Shown piece by piece: positions 1 through 8,060 of a stretch of 20,401 nt of DNA. Made by a program: the position numbers and the translations under genes. The first letter of the stretch is position 1. The number at the start of each line of letters is the position of its first letter. The notes under the pieces are model-generated. The model worked only from the letters and a program-made list of their open reading frames with translations. It was not told the origin of the DNA and did no database searches. Source of the DNA: an uncultured archaeon (GTDB taxonomy: Archaea > Iainarchaeota > Iainarchaeia > Iainarchaeales > DTGL01); the NCBI GenBank assembly GCA_964551725.1, contig CAZKED010000022.1:1-20401 (forward strand), in the 5' to 3' direction.

Positions 1-1
1 C

Positions 2-553
2 GTCTATTTGCTCGGCGGCATCTGGTCATTCCTTTTAATGGTCTTTTTTTACATTGTAGCCGAAACCTGCACCCGCTTTGGAAGGAAAAAAATAAAAATG
101 GAACACGAGCAGCGTACTGCGGGAAACATAATAGGCAACAGCGGGGCTGCCATACTCGCACTGCTGCTGAACTCCCAAATCGCTTTCTTCGGGGCAATGT
201 CCGCCGCGCTCGCGGACACCCTTTCTTCCGAAATCGGCCTGCTTTCAAAAAGGAAGCCCAAGCTTATAACAACCTTTGAAGAGGTTCCACCCGGCACGGA
301 CGGCGGCATTACCCCTTTAGGGATAGCCGCGGCTGTTCTCGGGGCGGCGCTTATCGGCTCTTTCTATTTCACGGTAAACCCTGACCCGCTTATCGCCGGA
401 GCAATTGGCTGCGCGGGAATTATGGGTTCATTGGTTGACTCCTACGCTGGAGCAAAATTCGAACTGAAAGGCGTGCTTAACAACACCGAAGTGAACTTCA
501 TGGGCTCGGGAAGCGGCGCTGTCCTCGCAAAATTCATCTCCCTCTTCCTGTGA
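2..553 (+). CDS. DUF92 (TIGR00297/TMEM19-like) integral membrane protein, 5'-truncated by window edge
   Basis: Frame is open from position 2. Motifs R-T-A-G-N-I-I-G-N, AALADTLSSEIG, ITTFEEVPPGTDGGITPLG, GSLVDSYAGA and NNTEVNF are characteristic of DUF92; several hydrophobic helices. Confidence 0.9.
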   Translation, partial: VYLLGGIWSFLLMVFFYIVAETCTRFGRKKIKMEHEQRTAGNIIGNSGAAILALLLNSQIAFFGAMSAALADTLSSEIGLLSKRKPKLITTFEEVPPGTDGGITPLGIAAAVLGAALIGSFYFTVNPDPLIAGAIGCAGIMGSLVDSYAGAKFELKGVLNNTEVNFMGSGSGAVLAKFISLFL

Positions 554-581
554 TTTTGGGCTGTATTTCGGGTGCTGGGCA

Positions 582-1490
582 CTAGGATTCAATGCTCAGG
601 TTCTGGGATGACAGGCCTTCCCTAAACCCTGTTCCCAGGGCATAGCCTGCCCTCGAGAAAAGGTCCGTAAGGGAAAAGCCCTGCAGTTCGTAGGATTTTA
701 GAACGGGTTTTTCAATTCCCGCCATTTCCCCCGCACGCTTTAGGGCATAGTTCCTTGTTCCCAGCTCATCAACGAGACCTATTTCCTGGGCCTGCTTTCC
801 CGTGAGGATTCTTCCGTCCGCTATTTTCTCAAATTCTTCTGTGTCCAGCCTTTCCCCGCGGAATTCCTTTATTTCTTCCTTGAAGTTTTCGGTTGCCTGT
901 TGTATTATTTCGTTCAGCATTTCCCTCTCCTCTTCGTTTATGTCTCGGAAGGGGCTGCCCATGTCCTTGAATTCGCCGCTCTTAAAAACTCGCATTTCTA
1001 TTCCGAGTTTTTCGAAAAGCTCGGAGTAATCGGGAATCACCGAAATTGCGCCGATGCTTCCGGTGAGGGAATCCGGGTCTGCAACAACCAGGTCGGAGGA
1101 AGCCGCAATATAGTAGCCGGCGCTTGCGCCGACATCGGAAATCCACGCAACAACTGGTTTTTTCTCCCCCGCCGAGAGGATTTTTTCTGTGAGCTGCCTT
1201 GTGGCAACAGGGCTTCCCCCGGAAGAGTTTATTTCCAAAAGGATCGCCGAAACAGTTGGGTCGTTTTCCGCCATCTCTATTTCGTCCACGAGATCGAATG
1301 CTGTCTTGTTAGACAGGAAAAGCACTTCCTCGTTGGAAATTTCGCCTTCAATTGAAATGAGCGCAACGTTGCCGCCGAAAAGGGAAATCCCGGGCTGCAG
1401 GGACTGAAAAGCAACAGAAAGCATTAAAGCGAATACTACAAGCAGGAGAATGCTTGCAAGGAATATTATAAAAACTTTTTTCGCCCTCAT
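582..1490 (-). CDS. sppA: Signal peptide peptidase SppA, 36K type (peptidase S49)
   Basis: N-terminal TM anchor; motifs INSSGGSP, GASAGYYIAASSD (catalytic Ser), TGSIGA, KSGEFKDMGSPFR, DGRILTGKQAQEIGLVDELG. Confidence 0.95.
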   Translation of the reverse strand: MRAKKVFIIFLASILLLVVFALMLSVAFQSLQPGISLFGGNVALISIEGEISNEEVLFLSNKTAFDLVDEIEMAENDPTVSAILLEINSSGGSPVATRQLTEKILSAGEKKPVVAWISDVGASAGYYIAASSDLVVADPDSLTGSIGAISVIPDYSELFEKLGIEMRVFKSGEFKDMGSPFRDINEEEREMLNEIIQQATENFKEEIKEFRGERLDTEEFEKIADGRILTGKQAQEIGLVDELGTRNYALKRAGEMAGIEKPVLKSYELQGFSLTDLFSRAGYALGTGFREGLSSQNLSIES

Positions 1491-1573
1491 TTTGCCCAGC
1501 TCCGGCTCTTAATCATTTTTTAAATGCTTATTAGATATTATTTAATAAATAATTTTAAAGAAGTTGGGTTTTT
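1491..1573. promoter_or_regulatory. AT-rich divergent promoter region between sppA and carS
   Basis: Very AT-rich spacer between divergent starts with TATA-like tracts and an A/T-only inverted repeat ATTATTTA-A-TAAATAAT at 1537-1553. Confidence 0.5.
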
Positions 1574-2080
1574 ATGGAGTTCCTCGTCGCAACAGCGCTA
1601 TATGCAATTCCATTATACATAACAAATGCTTCTTCTCTCCTCTTCGGTGGGGGAATGCCCTTGGACTTCGGCAGGAAAATAGGCGGAAGGCCTATTCTGG
1701 GGAAAGGGAAGACCGTAAGGGGCACTTTTTCCGGGCTGTCCTTTGGCATTCTTTCAATTTTTATAACAGGTTTCCTTTTTCCTGAGGCAGTTGCTGAAGC
1801 AATAGGGGATTACGCAGCGTTCGGAATTCTCCTTTGCAGCGGCTCAATTCTCGGCGATTTGGCGGGATCTTTCCTGAAAAGGCGCTTCGGTCTGAAAAGA
1901 GGGCACCCCGTTTTGCTGCTTGACCAGCTGGACTTCGTTTTGGGGGGCATTCTGTTAAGCCTTGCCGTGAGAATCCCCGCTCCGGCGGAAGTCGCGCTCA
2001 TTGCCGTTCTTACGCTTGTGGCACACAGGATAACGAATTTTATCGCCTTCAAAATAAGGATTAAGAAGGTGCCGTGGTAA
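1574..2080 (+). CDS. carS: CDP-archaeol synthase (CDP-2,3-bis-O-geranylgeranyl-sn-glycerol synthase, DUF46)
   Basis: Motifs PLYITNAS, PLDFG...GRPILGKGKTVRG, GDLAGSFLKRRFGLKRG, LLDQLDF, H..TN.IAFKIRIKKVPW typical of CarS; 168 aa, hydrophobic. Confidence 0.93.
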   Translation: MEFLVATALYAIPLYITNASSLLFGGGMPLDFGRKIGGRPILGKGKTVRGTFSGLSFGILSIFITGFLFPEAVAEAIGDYAAFGILLCSGSILGDLAGSFLKRRFGLKRGHPVLLLDQLDFVLGGILLSLAVRIPAPAEVALIAVLTLVAHRITNFIAFKIRIKKVPW

Positions 2081-2559
2081 TGCAAAGGCAAAGCGTTCTC
2101 TTTGCAATTAAATTTTTCATCATTTTTTTTGCAGCACAGGCAATAATCTATCTCGCACCCCTGGAACCGCTCACTCACTCCATTGCCTCCCTTGAAGCGA
2201 ATCTGCTGGATCTAGAGTTCGCAAAGGATTCAATCGTTGCAGGCAACTCTCTATACGTAATAACAAATTCTTGCACAGGGCTTGTGTCGTGGAGCATCCT
2301 CGCGGCAATAATTTTTTCACTGCACAAGCCCACGCTGGGAAAAAAAATCCAAATGGCTGTTTTTGGCGGAATTCTCCTTTTCCTCGTAAACCTCGCAAGG
2401 GTTTACGGCGTGCTCCTGGTCGGAGTGCAGTTCGGGGGAGAAGCCGCCGGCATGAGCCATGTAATAAGCTGGTTTGCTATGTCCGGCCTCATACTCGCGG
2501 TCTGGTTTGCGCTCACGAAGAGAATGACCGGAATAAAGGAATTCTCCGAACTGCTTTAA
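2080..2559 (+). CDS. Archaeosortase/exosortase family protein (short, ArtE-like)
   Basis: Cys-Arg-His triad motifs ITNSCTG, VNLARV and SHVISW in a multi-TM protein. ATG at 2080 overlaps the carS stop (TAATG); the ORF track gives an alternative GTG start at 2074. Confidence 0.8.
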   Translation: MQRQSVLFAIKFFIIFFAAQAIIYLAPLEPLTHSIASLEANLLDLEFAKDSIVAGNSLYVITNSCTGLVSWSILAAIIFSLHKPTLGKKIQMAVFGGILLFLVNLARVYGVLLVGVQFGGEAAGMSHVISWFAMSGLILAVWFALTKRMTGIKEFSELL

Positions 2560-2572
2560 TGCACGACAAGAA

Positions 2573-4210
2573 TCAGTATGACTGCATTATGAATTTCGCT
2601 ATCTCCCCGTAGGCGGGCCTTGTCACCAGAACGCCGACCAAAACGCCCAGGGTTATCGCTGTTGCGAAGCCAATGAGCCTTATCATAAGCGAGCCGAATA
2701 TTATTATTGGGAGCATTGTTGCAAGTGTCGTGGCTGCGGCAGCAATTACTATAAAGAACGCGTTCCTTATGCGCCTCACAAGGGAAACGCGTTCAGCCGC
2801 GCCCCTGCCCCTGAGCAATTCATCGCTTATTACTATCTGGTCGTCGACGCCTGTTCCGACTGCAGCGATTATTCCGGCTATTGCCGCCAAATCAATTGTG
2901 CCGCCCAGATTTGAGACAAGGGTTGTTGTGACAAATGCTTCGACCAAAGCGGTGAAAATTATTGCAAGCGAGAGCTTAAGCGAACGGTATCGCACAAATA
3001 TTATCACGGAAACAACGCACAGCACAATAAGCCCGGTTACCGCTGCCTTGAACAGGAAATCGAGACCCTGCGTGGGCGAAGTGTAAAAAGAGCTTATGCT
3101 TTCAACAGAAACAGGCAACGAGCCCGACTGCAGTATTATTTTCGTTTTTGACCTTTCATCGACCGCCTCATCATAGGTTGGCGCTTGACCGGTTATCTGC
3201 AGGTCTGTGAGTATCGGCGCTTCCTGCACCGTGTTCACATAGGGGTTGTCGCCCGTAATCGAGGGCTGCAGTCTCACAATTGACTGCAGGCCCGAAACCC
3301 TCCAGAGCCAGGGCATTCTCTGCTCTATAGCTTTTTCTTTTTCATCCGGGAATTCCTTGAGAGTGAAGCCAATTGCCCCAAGTTTTTCTCTCGTTGCAGC
3401 CGGAAGCGAACTCGGAATTATTGCATTGCTTTTTTTCCGGGAAAGTTCTGTTAGCGAATGCTCCTGCTCCGCGGTGAGGTTCCCGCTCACCACAAAGTAC
3501 GGGGCATCAATGTTGAGGAGGATTTCCTGCATGTCAGAACCCATTGGAATTCCGTGCTCTATGCTCCCGGCTTCAAAGCCCAGTTTGTCCAGCTCGAACA
3601 ATTCCTGGGTGAAAATGAAAACAGCGTCGCGGGGCCTGTCTATGAAAAAATATGTCAAAGCGCAGTCATACTGGTTTTGCTCAAATGAAATAAGGGGGCA
3701 GCGGTGGAATGCTAAATTCCTGAACCTTTCGGCGGATGAACCGCTCAGCACAAAAGGCAGATGCCACTGGTAGGATCCCTGCGAGCCCTCGCTGAAGGAT
3801 GCGAGGGAAGAACTCTGGTCCACCTGCACCAAGTCCTTGCCGGTGAACATTAGGTTAGCGTCAATGAGGACCTCAAAGCGCCCCTGCTGTTTTATGAGTG
3901 ATTCGATTCTCTCGACGTCCTCGGGCCTTGTTTCGGGTACGATTACGAAAACGAATTCGCTCTCTGCCCCGTAAACCCTTATGTCGCTCAGACCGCTCCA
4001 GTTGAGCCTGTTCTGTATTATGTTTTCAACTTCCTCGATGTTCTGCACTTTTTCATTTAGGTGTATTTGGAACAATGTTCCGCCTGCAAAATCAATTCCG
4101 AAATTGAACGCATTCCCCGTATTCAGCAGGTTTCCGAGAACCGCGAAAAAGGAGAGGAATATTACTGCGAACAGAACCCATATGCGCCAGTTTTTTGCAA
4201 GTTCGTTCAT
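2573..4210 (-). CDS. secD: Protein translocase accessory subunit SecD (archaeal type)
   Basis: FGIDFAGGT after TM1, large extracytoplasmic head, LQSGSLPV, C-terminal TM bundle with DLAAIAGIIAAVGTGVDDQIVISDE, GFATAITLGV and TRPAY. Confidence 0.93.
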   Translation of the reverse strand: MNELAKNWRIWVLFAVIFLSFFAVLGNLLNTGNAFNFGIDFAGGTLFQIHLNEKVQNIEEVENIIQNRLNWSGLSDIRVYGAESEFVFVIVPETRPEDVERIESLIKQQGRFEVLIDANLMFTGKDLVQVDQSSSLASFSEGSQGSYQWHLPFVLSGSSAERFRNLAFHRCPLISFEQNQYDCALTYFFIDRPRDAVFIFTQELFELDKLGFEAGSIEHGIPMGSDMQEILLNIDAPYFVVSGNLTAEQEHSLTELSRKKSNAIIPSSLPAATREKLGAIGFTLKEFPDEKEKAIEQRMPWLWRVSGLQSIVRLQPSITGDNPYVNTVQEAPILTDLQITGQAPTYDEAVDERSKTKIILQSGSLPVSVESISSFYTSPTQGLDFLFKAAVTGLIVLCVVSVIIFVRYRSLKLSLAIIFTALVEAFVTTTLVSNLGGTIDLAAIAGIIAAVGTGVDDQIVISDELLRGRGAAERVSLVRRIRNAFFIVIAAAATTLATMLPIIIFGSLMIRLIGFATAITLGVLVGVLVTRPAYGEIAKFIMQSY

Positions 4211-4211
4211 T

Positions 4212-5099
4212 TTATCCCTTCCTTTTCCTCTCCTTTCTCTTAATGTAGAGAAGGAGCACAGGCGCGTTCATAAACCAAGTCGAAATCAAGTCGCCGAGAA
4301 GCCCGAAGAGGAGTACTGCAGCAATCGAGAAAATCAATTCCATTTGCCAGAGCCATGAGAGAAAAAGCATTACTGCCACTGCTCCAACGGAGGTGGAAGT
4401 CATCGTGAGACCTGTTTTCATTGATTCTGAAGCGGAATGGGTTATTTCGGCTGCCCTGCGCCTGAAAAGTCTTGTCGTGAGCATTATATCAGTGTCCACG
4501 GAATAACCCACAAGCATTAAGAGAGCGGAAATTGACGCAAGGGAAAGCCTTACGCCGAACACCGACATAAGGCCGAGCGCGGCGAGAATGTCAAATGCCG
4601 CTGCGGCAACGACCGCAAGCGAGGGAATAACTTCCCTGAAGAAAACAAATATTACCACTATTACCGCGGCAAGGGAAACGGTAAGGACCCACAGGGCATT
4701 GCTCCAGAAAATCGAGCCGAGAGCGGGAGACACCCTTGTCCTCTGCAGTCTTTCCTGGCCCTGCGCTCCAAGGCCGGTGAATTCAATTATCGCGCGGTCA
4801 ATCTGCGAATGCTTGTTTTCATCTGCTTCCAGCAAATCGTACTGAATCTGCACGCCGCCCTGGAAGGGAATCACCCTCAGTTCCGAGAAACTGAAACGCG
4901 AGAGAAGCATTTGCTCGAGTCCCTGGGCATCAATCGGGGAATCCGAGCCCGCGACAACCATGTTCCCGCCGCGCAAATCTATGCCGAGGGAAACGCCGGG
5001 GAAAACGAACGCAAGGAAACCAAGAACGAAAAAAAGCGCCAGCGGAATAAGCAAATACCTTTTGTAGTTTCCCCTGTAGAAATCCTCAATGAAAGACAC
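4212..5099 (-). CDS. secF: Protein translocase accessory subunit SecF
   Basis: LGIDLRGG, VSPALG, ALLMLVGYSVDTDIMLTTR, TGLTMT, GDLISTWFMNA. GTG start preceded by a GGTG SD-like sequence; ends 1 nt before the secD start. Confidence 0.94.
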   Translation of the reverse strand: MSFIEDFYRGNYKRYLLIPLALFFVLGFLAFVFPGVSLGIDLRGGNMVVAGSDSPIDAQGLEQMLLSRFSFSELRVIPFQGGVQIQYDLLEADENKHSQIDRAIIEFTGLGAQGQERLQRTRVSPALGSIFWSNALWVLTVSLAAVIVVIFVFFREVIPSLAVVAAAAFDILAALGLMSVFGVRLSLASISALLMLVGYSVDTDIMLTTRLFRRRAAEITHSASESMKTGLTMTSTSVGAVAVMLFLSWLWQMELIFSIAAVLLFGLLGDLISTWFMNAPVLLLYIKRKERKRKG

Positions 5100-5160
5100 T
5101 CAGGAACACCATAAAACACACATAATAAAAGCAAGAGAGGAATATATTACTATAGTAGGA

Positions 5161-5179
5161 GGAAAAAAAGATTATAAAA
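5161..5179 (+). promoter_or_regulatory. Putative BRE/TATA box for the GTPase gene within the divergent secF/GTPase spacer
   Basis: Purine run GGAAAAAAAG followed by TTATAAAA (5172-5179), about 28 bp upstream of the start at 5207. Confidence 0.45.
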
Positions 5180-5206
5180 CCAGTGCATTAAGAGAGGCGG
5201 GAAAAA

Positions 5207-6208
5207 GTGATGTTGAATTCTATACCAAAAGCGGGGGAGATTGTGGAAATTTCGCTCAAGAAAGCGCTCCGCTCCCTGGGAAAGGGAAAAGGAGGCAAAC
5301 GCGGACTAAAATCGCTCAAGGAAAGGGAGAGCAAAAAAATATTCCTTTTCTCAAAAGAACTGGGAAAAAGACTGCTGGGCTCGGTGAATTCCTTCCCGAG
5401 GTTTGAGGAAATGGAACCCTTTCCCAGAGAGCTCGCAGACCTGCTCGTGGACGAGGAAAAAACGCGGAGAGCGCTGGCACAATTGAACGCCTCGCGAAAG
5501 CTGGTAAGGGAAAAGGGAAACCTCTTTGCAAAGGAAATTTGGAAGCAGAGAAACGCACAGGGTGTGAAAAAAAAGTCAAGGGAAGCGCTGGGAAGAATTG
5601 CATCCATTGTGAAAAAGAACAGCAAAAACATTTCCGAACTGAACAACGCCGCAAAGGCGCTGAGGGAAATTCCTTCAGTAGGACTTGAAAAAAGCGTTAT
5701 TTTGGCGGGATTCCCCAATACGGGAAAAACCACGACACTCAAAAGATTAACAGGATCAAATCCCAAAATTGCACCCTATCCCTTCACCACAAAAAATATA
5801 AACATCGGCTATATGCAATGCGGGCACAAAAGAGTGCAGGTGATTGATACGCCCGGCCTGCTCGACCGCAGGATAAACGAAAGGAACCCAATAGAGAAAA
5901 AAGCAGTGCTTGCGCTGAAGCACCTTGCAGGGATTATTGTTTTCGTTCTTGACGCAAGCGGGCAATGCGGTTATTCCATCGAGGAGCAGTTCGCCCTCTT
6001 AGAGGGACTGGTGAAAAGCTTTCCCGGCATTCCCGTCATAACCGCGCTGAACAAGGCTGATTTGTGCAGTGACGAGGAACTGGAAAAAGCGGAAAGAAAA
6101 TCCGGAAAACTTGGCTTTGAGGCTGTGGAGCAGGGCGAAGGCCTGAGCGCGGAATGCCTCAAAGAAGCCGCTTTCCTGGCGCTGGGGCAAGGGCATAATT
6201 CCCTTTAA
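5207..6208 (+). CDS. NOG1-family (OBG-HflX superfamily) GTP-binding protein
   Basis: G1 GFPNTGKTT, G2 APYPFTTK, G3 DTPGLLDR, RNPIEKKAVLALKHL, G4 NKAD; N-terminal helical domain. Start is GTG 5207 or ATG 5210. Confidence 0.92.
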   Translation: MMLNSIPKAGEIVEISLKKALRSLGKGKGGKRGLKSLKERESKKIFLFSKELGKRLLGSVNSFPRFEEMEPFPRELADLLVDEEKTRRALAQLNASRKLVREKGNLFAKEIWKQRNAQGVKKKSREALGRIASIVKKNSKNISELNNAAKALREIPSVGLEKSVILAGFPNTGKTTTLKRLTGSNPKIAPYPFTTKNINIGYMQCGHKRVQVIDTPGLLDRRINERNPIEKKAVLALKHLAGIIVFVLDASGQCGYSIEEQFALLEGLVKSFPGIPVITALNKADLCSDEELEKAERKSGKLGFEAVEQGEGLSAECLKEAAFLALGQGHNSL

Positions 6209-6278
6209 ATCCTTTTCCTTCAATGAATCCTATACTTCGGTCTGGCATACCAGCGGCTGATTTTTTGGAGGAGAGAAC

Positions 6279-6548
6279 ATGAATGAGGAAACAAAAAAAG
6301 AGTTCCTCGACGCCAAGGAACTGATGGAGGAAGTGGCGGAGGACAGAACCGTGCCGAGGAACATAAGAAAAGTTGTAAGCGACGCGATTGAAAAAGTGAG
6401 CAGTGAAGACGCCACTGTCGTTAACTGCTCCGAAGCAATTTATCTGCTCGACGACATAAGCAACGACATAAACATTCCCTCGCATACCCGCACAACAATA
6501 TGGGAAATAATAAGCAAGCTAGAGGGAGTAAAGGAAAAAATTAAATGA
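6279..6548 (+). CDS. UPF0147 family protein
   Basis: Signature DRTVPRNIRK...AIYLLDDISNDINIPSHTRTTIWEIISKLE; GGAGG SD upstream; ATGA overlap with the DP1 gene. Confidence 0.92.
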   Translation: MNEETKKEFLDAKELMEEVAEDRTVPRNIRKVVSDAIEKVSSEDATVVNCSEAIYLLDDISNDINIPSHTRTTIWEIISKLEGVKEKIK

Positions 6549-8059
6549 TGACGGGAATGGAAAGGGAAAAAACACAAAAAGAAATAGTTTCCTTCGCTGG
6601 CGGGAAAGGCATTCTCCTTGAAAAAGAAGCGCTTGAAATACTTTCAAAAAAAAAGAACTGGCAGGAAATTCTTTCAGAACTGGGCAAAGAAGGCAGCTTC
6701 ATTGTAGGAAAGGAAGAACTGGAAAAAAAAATAATAAAGACGAAAATAAGCGTTATAGAGTCAAGGACGAGAACAAAGGGGGAAGAATTCAGAGCAGAAG
6801 CCAGCGGAAAGAACGCTTCCTTCAGAATAATGAAGGAACTGGACATCACGGGACAGAGTTATTCCGAAGGCACGGTTCAGGATTTCCTCAATTTCTTCCA
6901 GGAAAAATTCAGGCTGCTGAGCAGGATATTGAAGCAAAGGCACACGCTGAAACCCAGACCCATCAAAAGACTCAAATACACCGCGAACAAAAGCGAGGTT
7001 GACGTTATAGGAATGGTGAACAGGAAATGGGTGACAAAAAACGGTCACACCGCATTAGAACTGGAGGACATGGAAGGGAAAATAATTGCCGTAATTTCAA
7101 AAGACAACAGGGAACTCCTGCACGAAAAGGACGCACTAATGCCTGACGACGTTGTTGCCGTGAGGGCGACAAAAATAAGCGATGAAATGCTCATAGTCAA
7201 CCAGCTTTTCTGGGCGGATCTGCCCCAGAGGAAAAGGAAACTCATTGAAAGAGATGTTGCAATTGCGAGCATTTCGGACATGCATGTGGGGAGCAAGCTC
7301 TTTCTGGAGCAGTCTTTTAAAAAATTCCTTGACTGGATAAACGGCAGGATAGGAAGCCAGCAGGAAAAAGAGGAAGTCGGAAAAATAAAATACCTCGTGG
7401 TCAACGGGGACAACGTCGACGGCATAGGGATTTACCCCAAGCAGTTCGACGAACTGAACATAAAGGACATAAGGGAACAATACGAGGAATTCTCCGAATA
7501 CATACTGCAGATTCCCGAATACATTGAAATATTCATTATTCCCGGGCAGCACGACGCAGTGAGATGGGCAGACCCCCAGCCCGCTGTTCCTGAAAAGCTT
7601 GTCCCGAGGCTGGCGGAAAGAAAAAACATTCACTTGATGGGCTCGCCGAGCTGGGTGGAAATCGAAGAACTCAAAGTACTCATTTACCACGGCTCTTCAA
7701 TGCACGACCTTTTCTCAAGCGTTTCCGGCCTCAACTACGAAATGCCGCAGCAGGCGGTAATAGAACTGCTGAGAAAGCGCGATTTGATGCCTGCCTACGG
7801 AATGAGGCAGCCTTACGTGCCGGAAAAAAAGGACTTGATGGTCGTAAGAGAGGAACCCGACCTTGTTTTTATAGGTGATTTGCACCATTCCGGTTACGGA
7901 ACCTACCGCGGCACGCTTATAATAAACAACAGTACATGGCAGGACCGCACCGACTACCAGGTAAAACTGGGGCACGTGCCAACGCCGGGCATCGTTCCTG
8001 TCATAAACCTAAAAACAGGCAAGATAAGGGAAGTGCAGTTCCAGAGAGAGGAAAGATAG
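6545..8059 (+). CDS. polB: DNA polymerase D small (3'-5' proofreading) subunit DP1
   Basis: OB-fold (VIGMV..K..TKNGH..ELED) followed by a calcineurin-like phosphoesterase domain: SDMHVGS, GDNVDGIGIYP, PGQHDAVR, YHG, INNSTWQ..TDYQ. Confidence 0.96.
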   Translation: MMTGMEREKTQKEIVSFAGGKGILLEKEALEILSKKKNWQEILSELGKEGSFIVGKEELEKKIIKTKISVIESRTRTKGEEFRAEASGKNASFRIMKELDITGQSYSEGTVQDFLNFFQEKFRLLSRILKQRHTLKPRPIKRLKYTANKSEVDVIGMVNRKWVTKNGHTALELEDMEGKIIAVISKDNRELLHEKDALMPDDVVAVRATKISDEMLIVNQLFWADLPQRKRKLIERDVAIASISDMHVGSKLFLEQSFKKFLDWINGRIGSQQEKEEVGKIKYLVVNGDNVDGIGIYPKQFDELNIKDIREQYEEFSEYILQIPEYIEIFIIPGQHDAVRWADPQPAVPEKLVPRLAERKNIHLMGSPSWVEIEELKVLIYHGSSMHDLFSSVSGLNYEMPQQAVIELLRKRDLMPAYGMRQPYVPEKKDLMVVREEPDLVFIGDLHHSGYGTYRGTLIINNSTWQDRTDYQVKLGHVPTPGIVPVINLKTGKIREVQFQREER

Positions 8060-8060
8060 A

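Noticed and set aside
5089-5406. 105-aa ORF spanning the secF/GTPase spacer
   Set aside because: Overlaps both flanking genes and the probable promoter; no recognisable motif.
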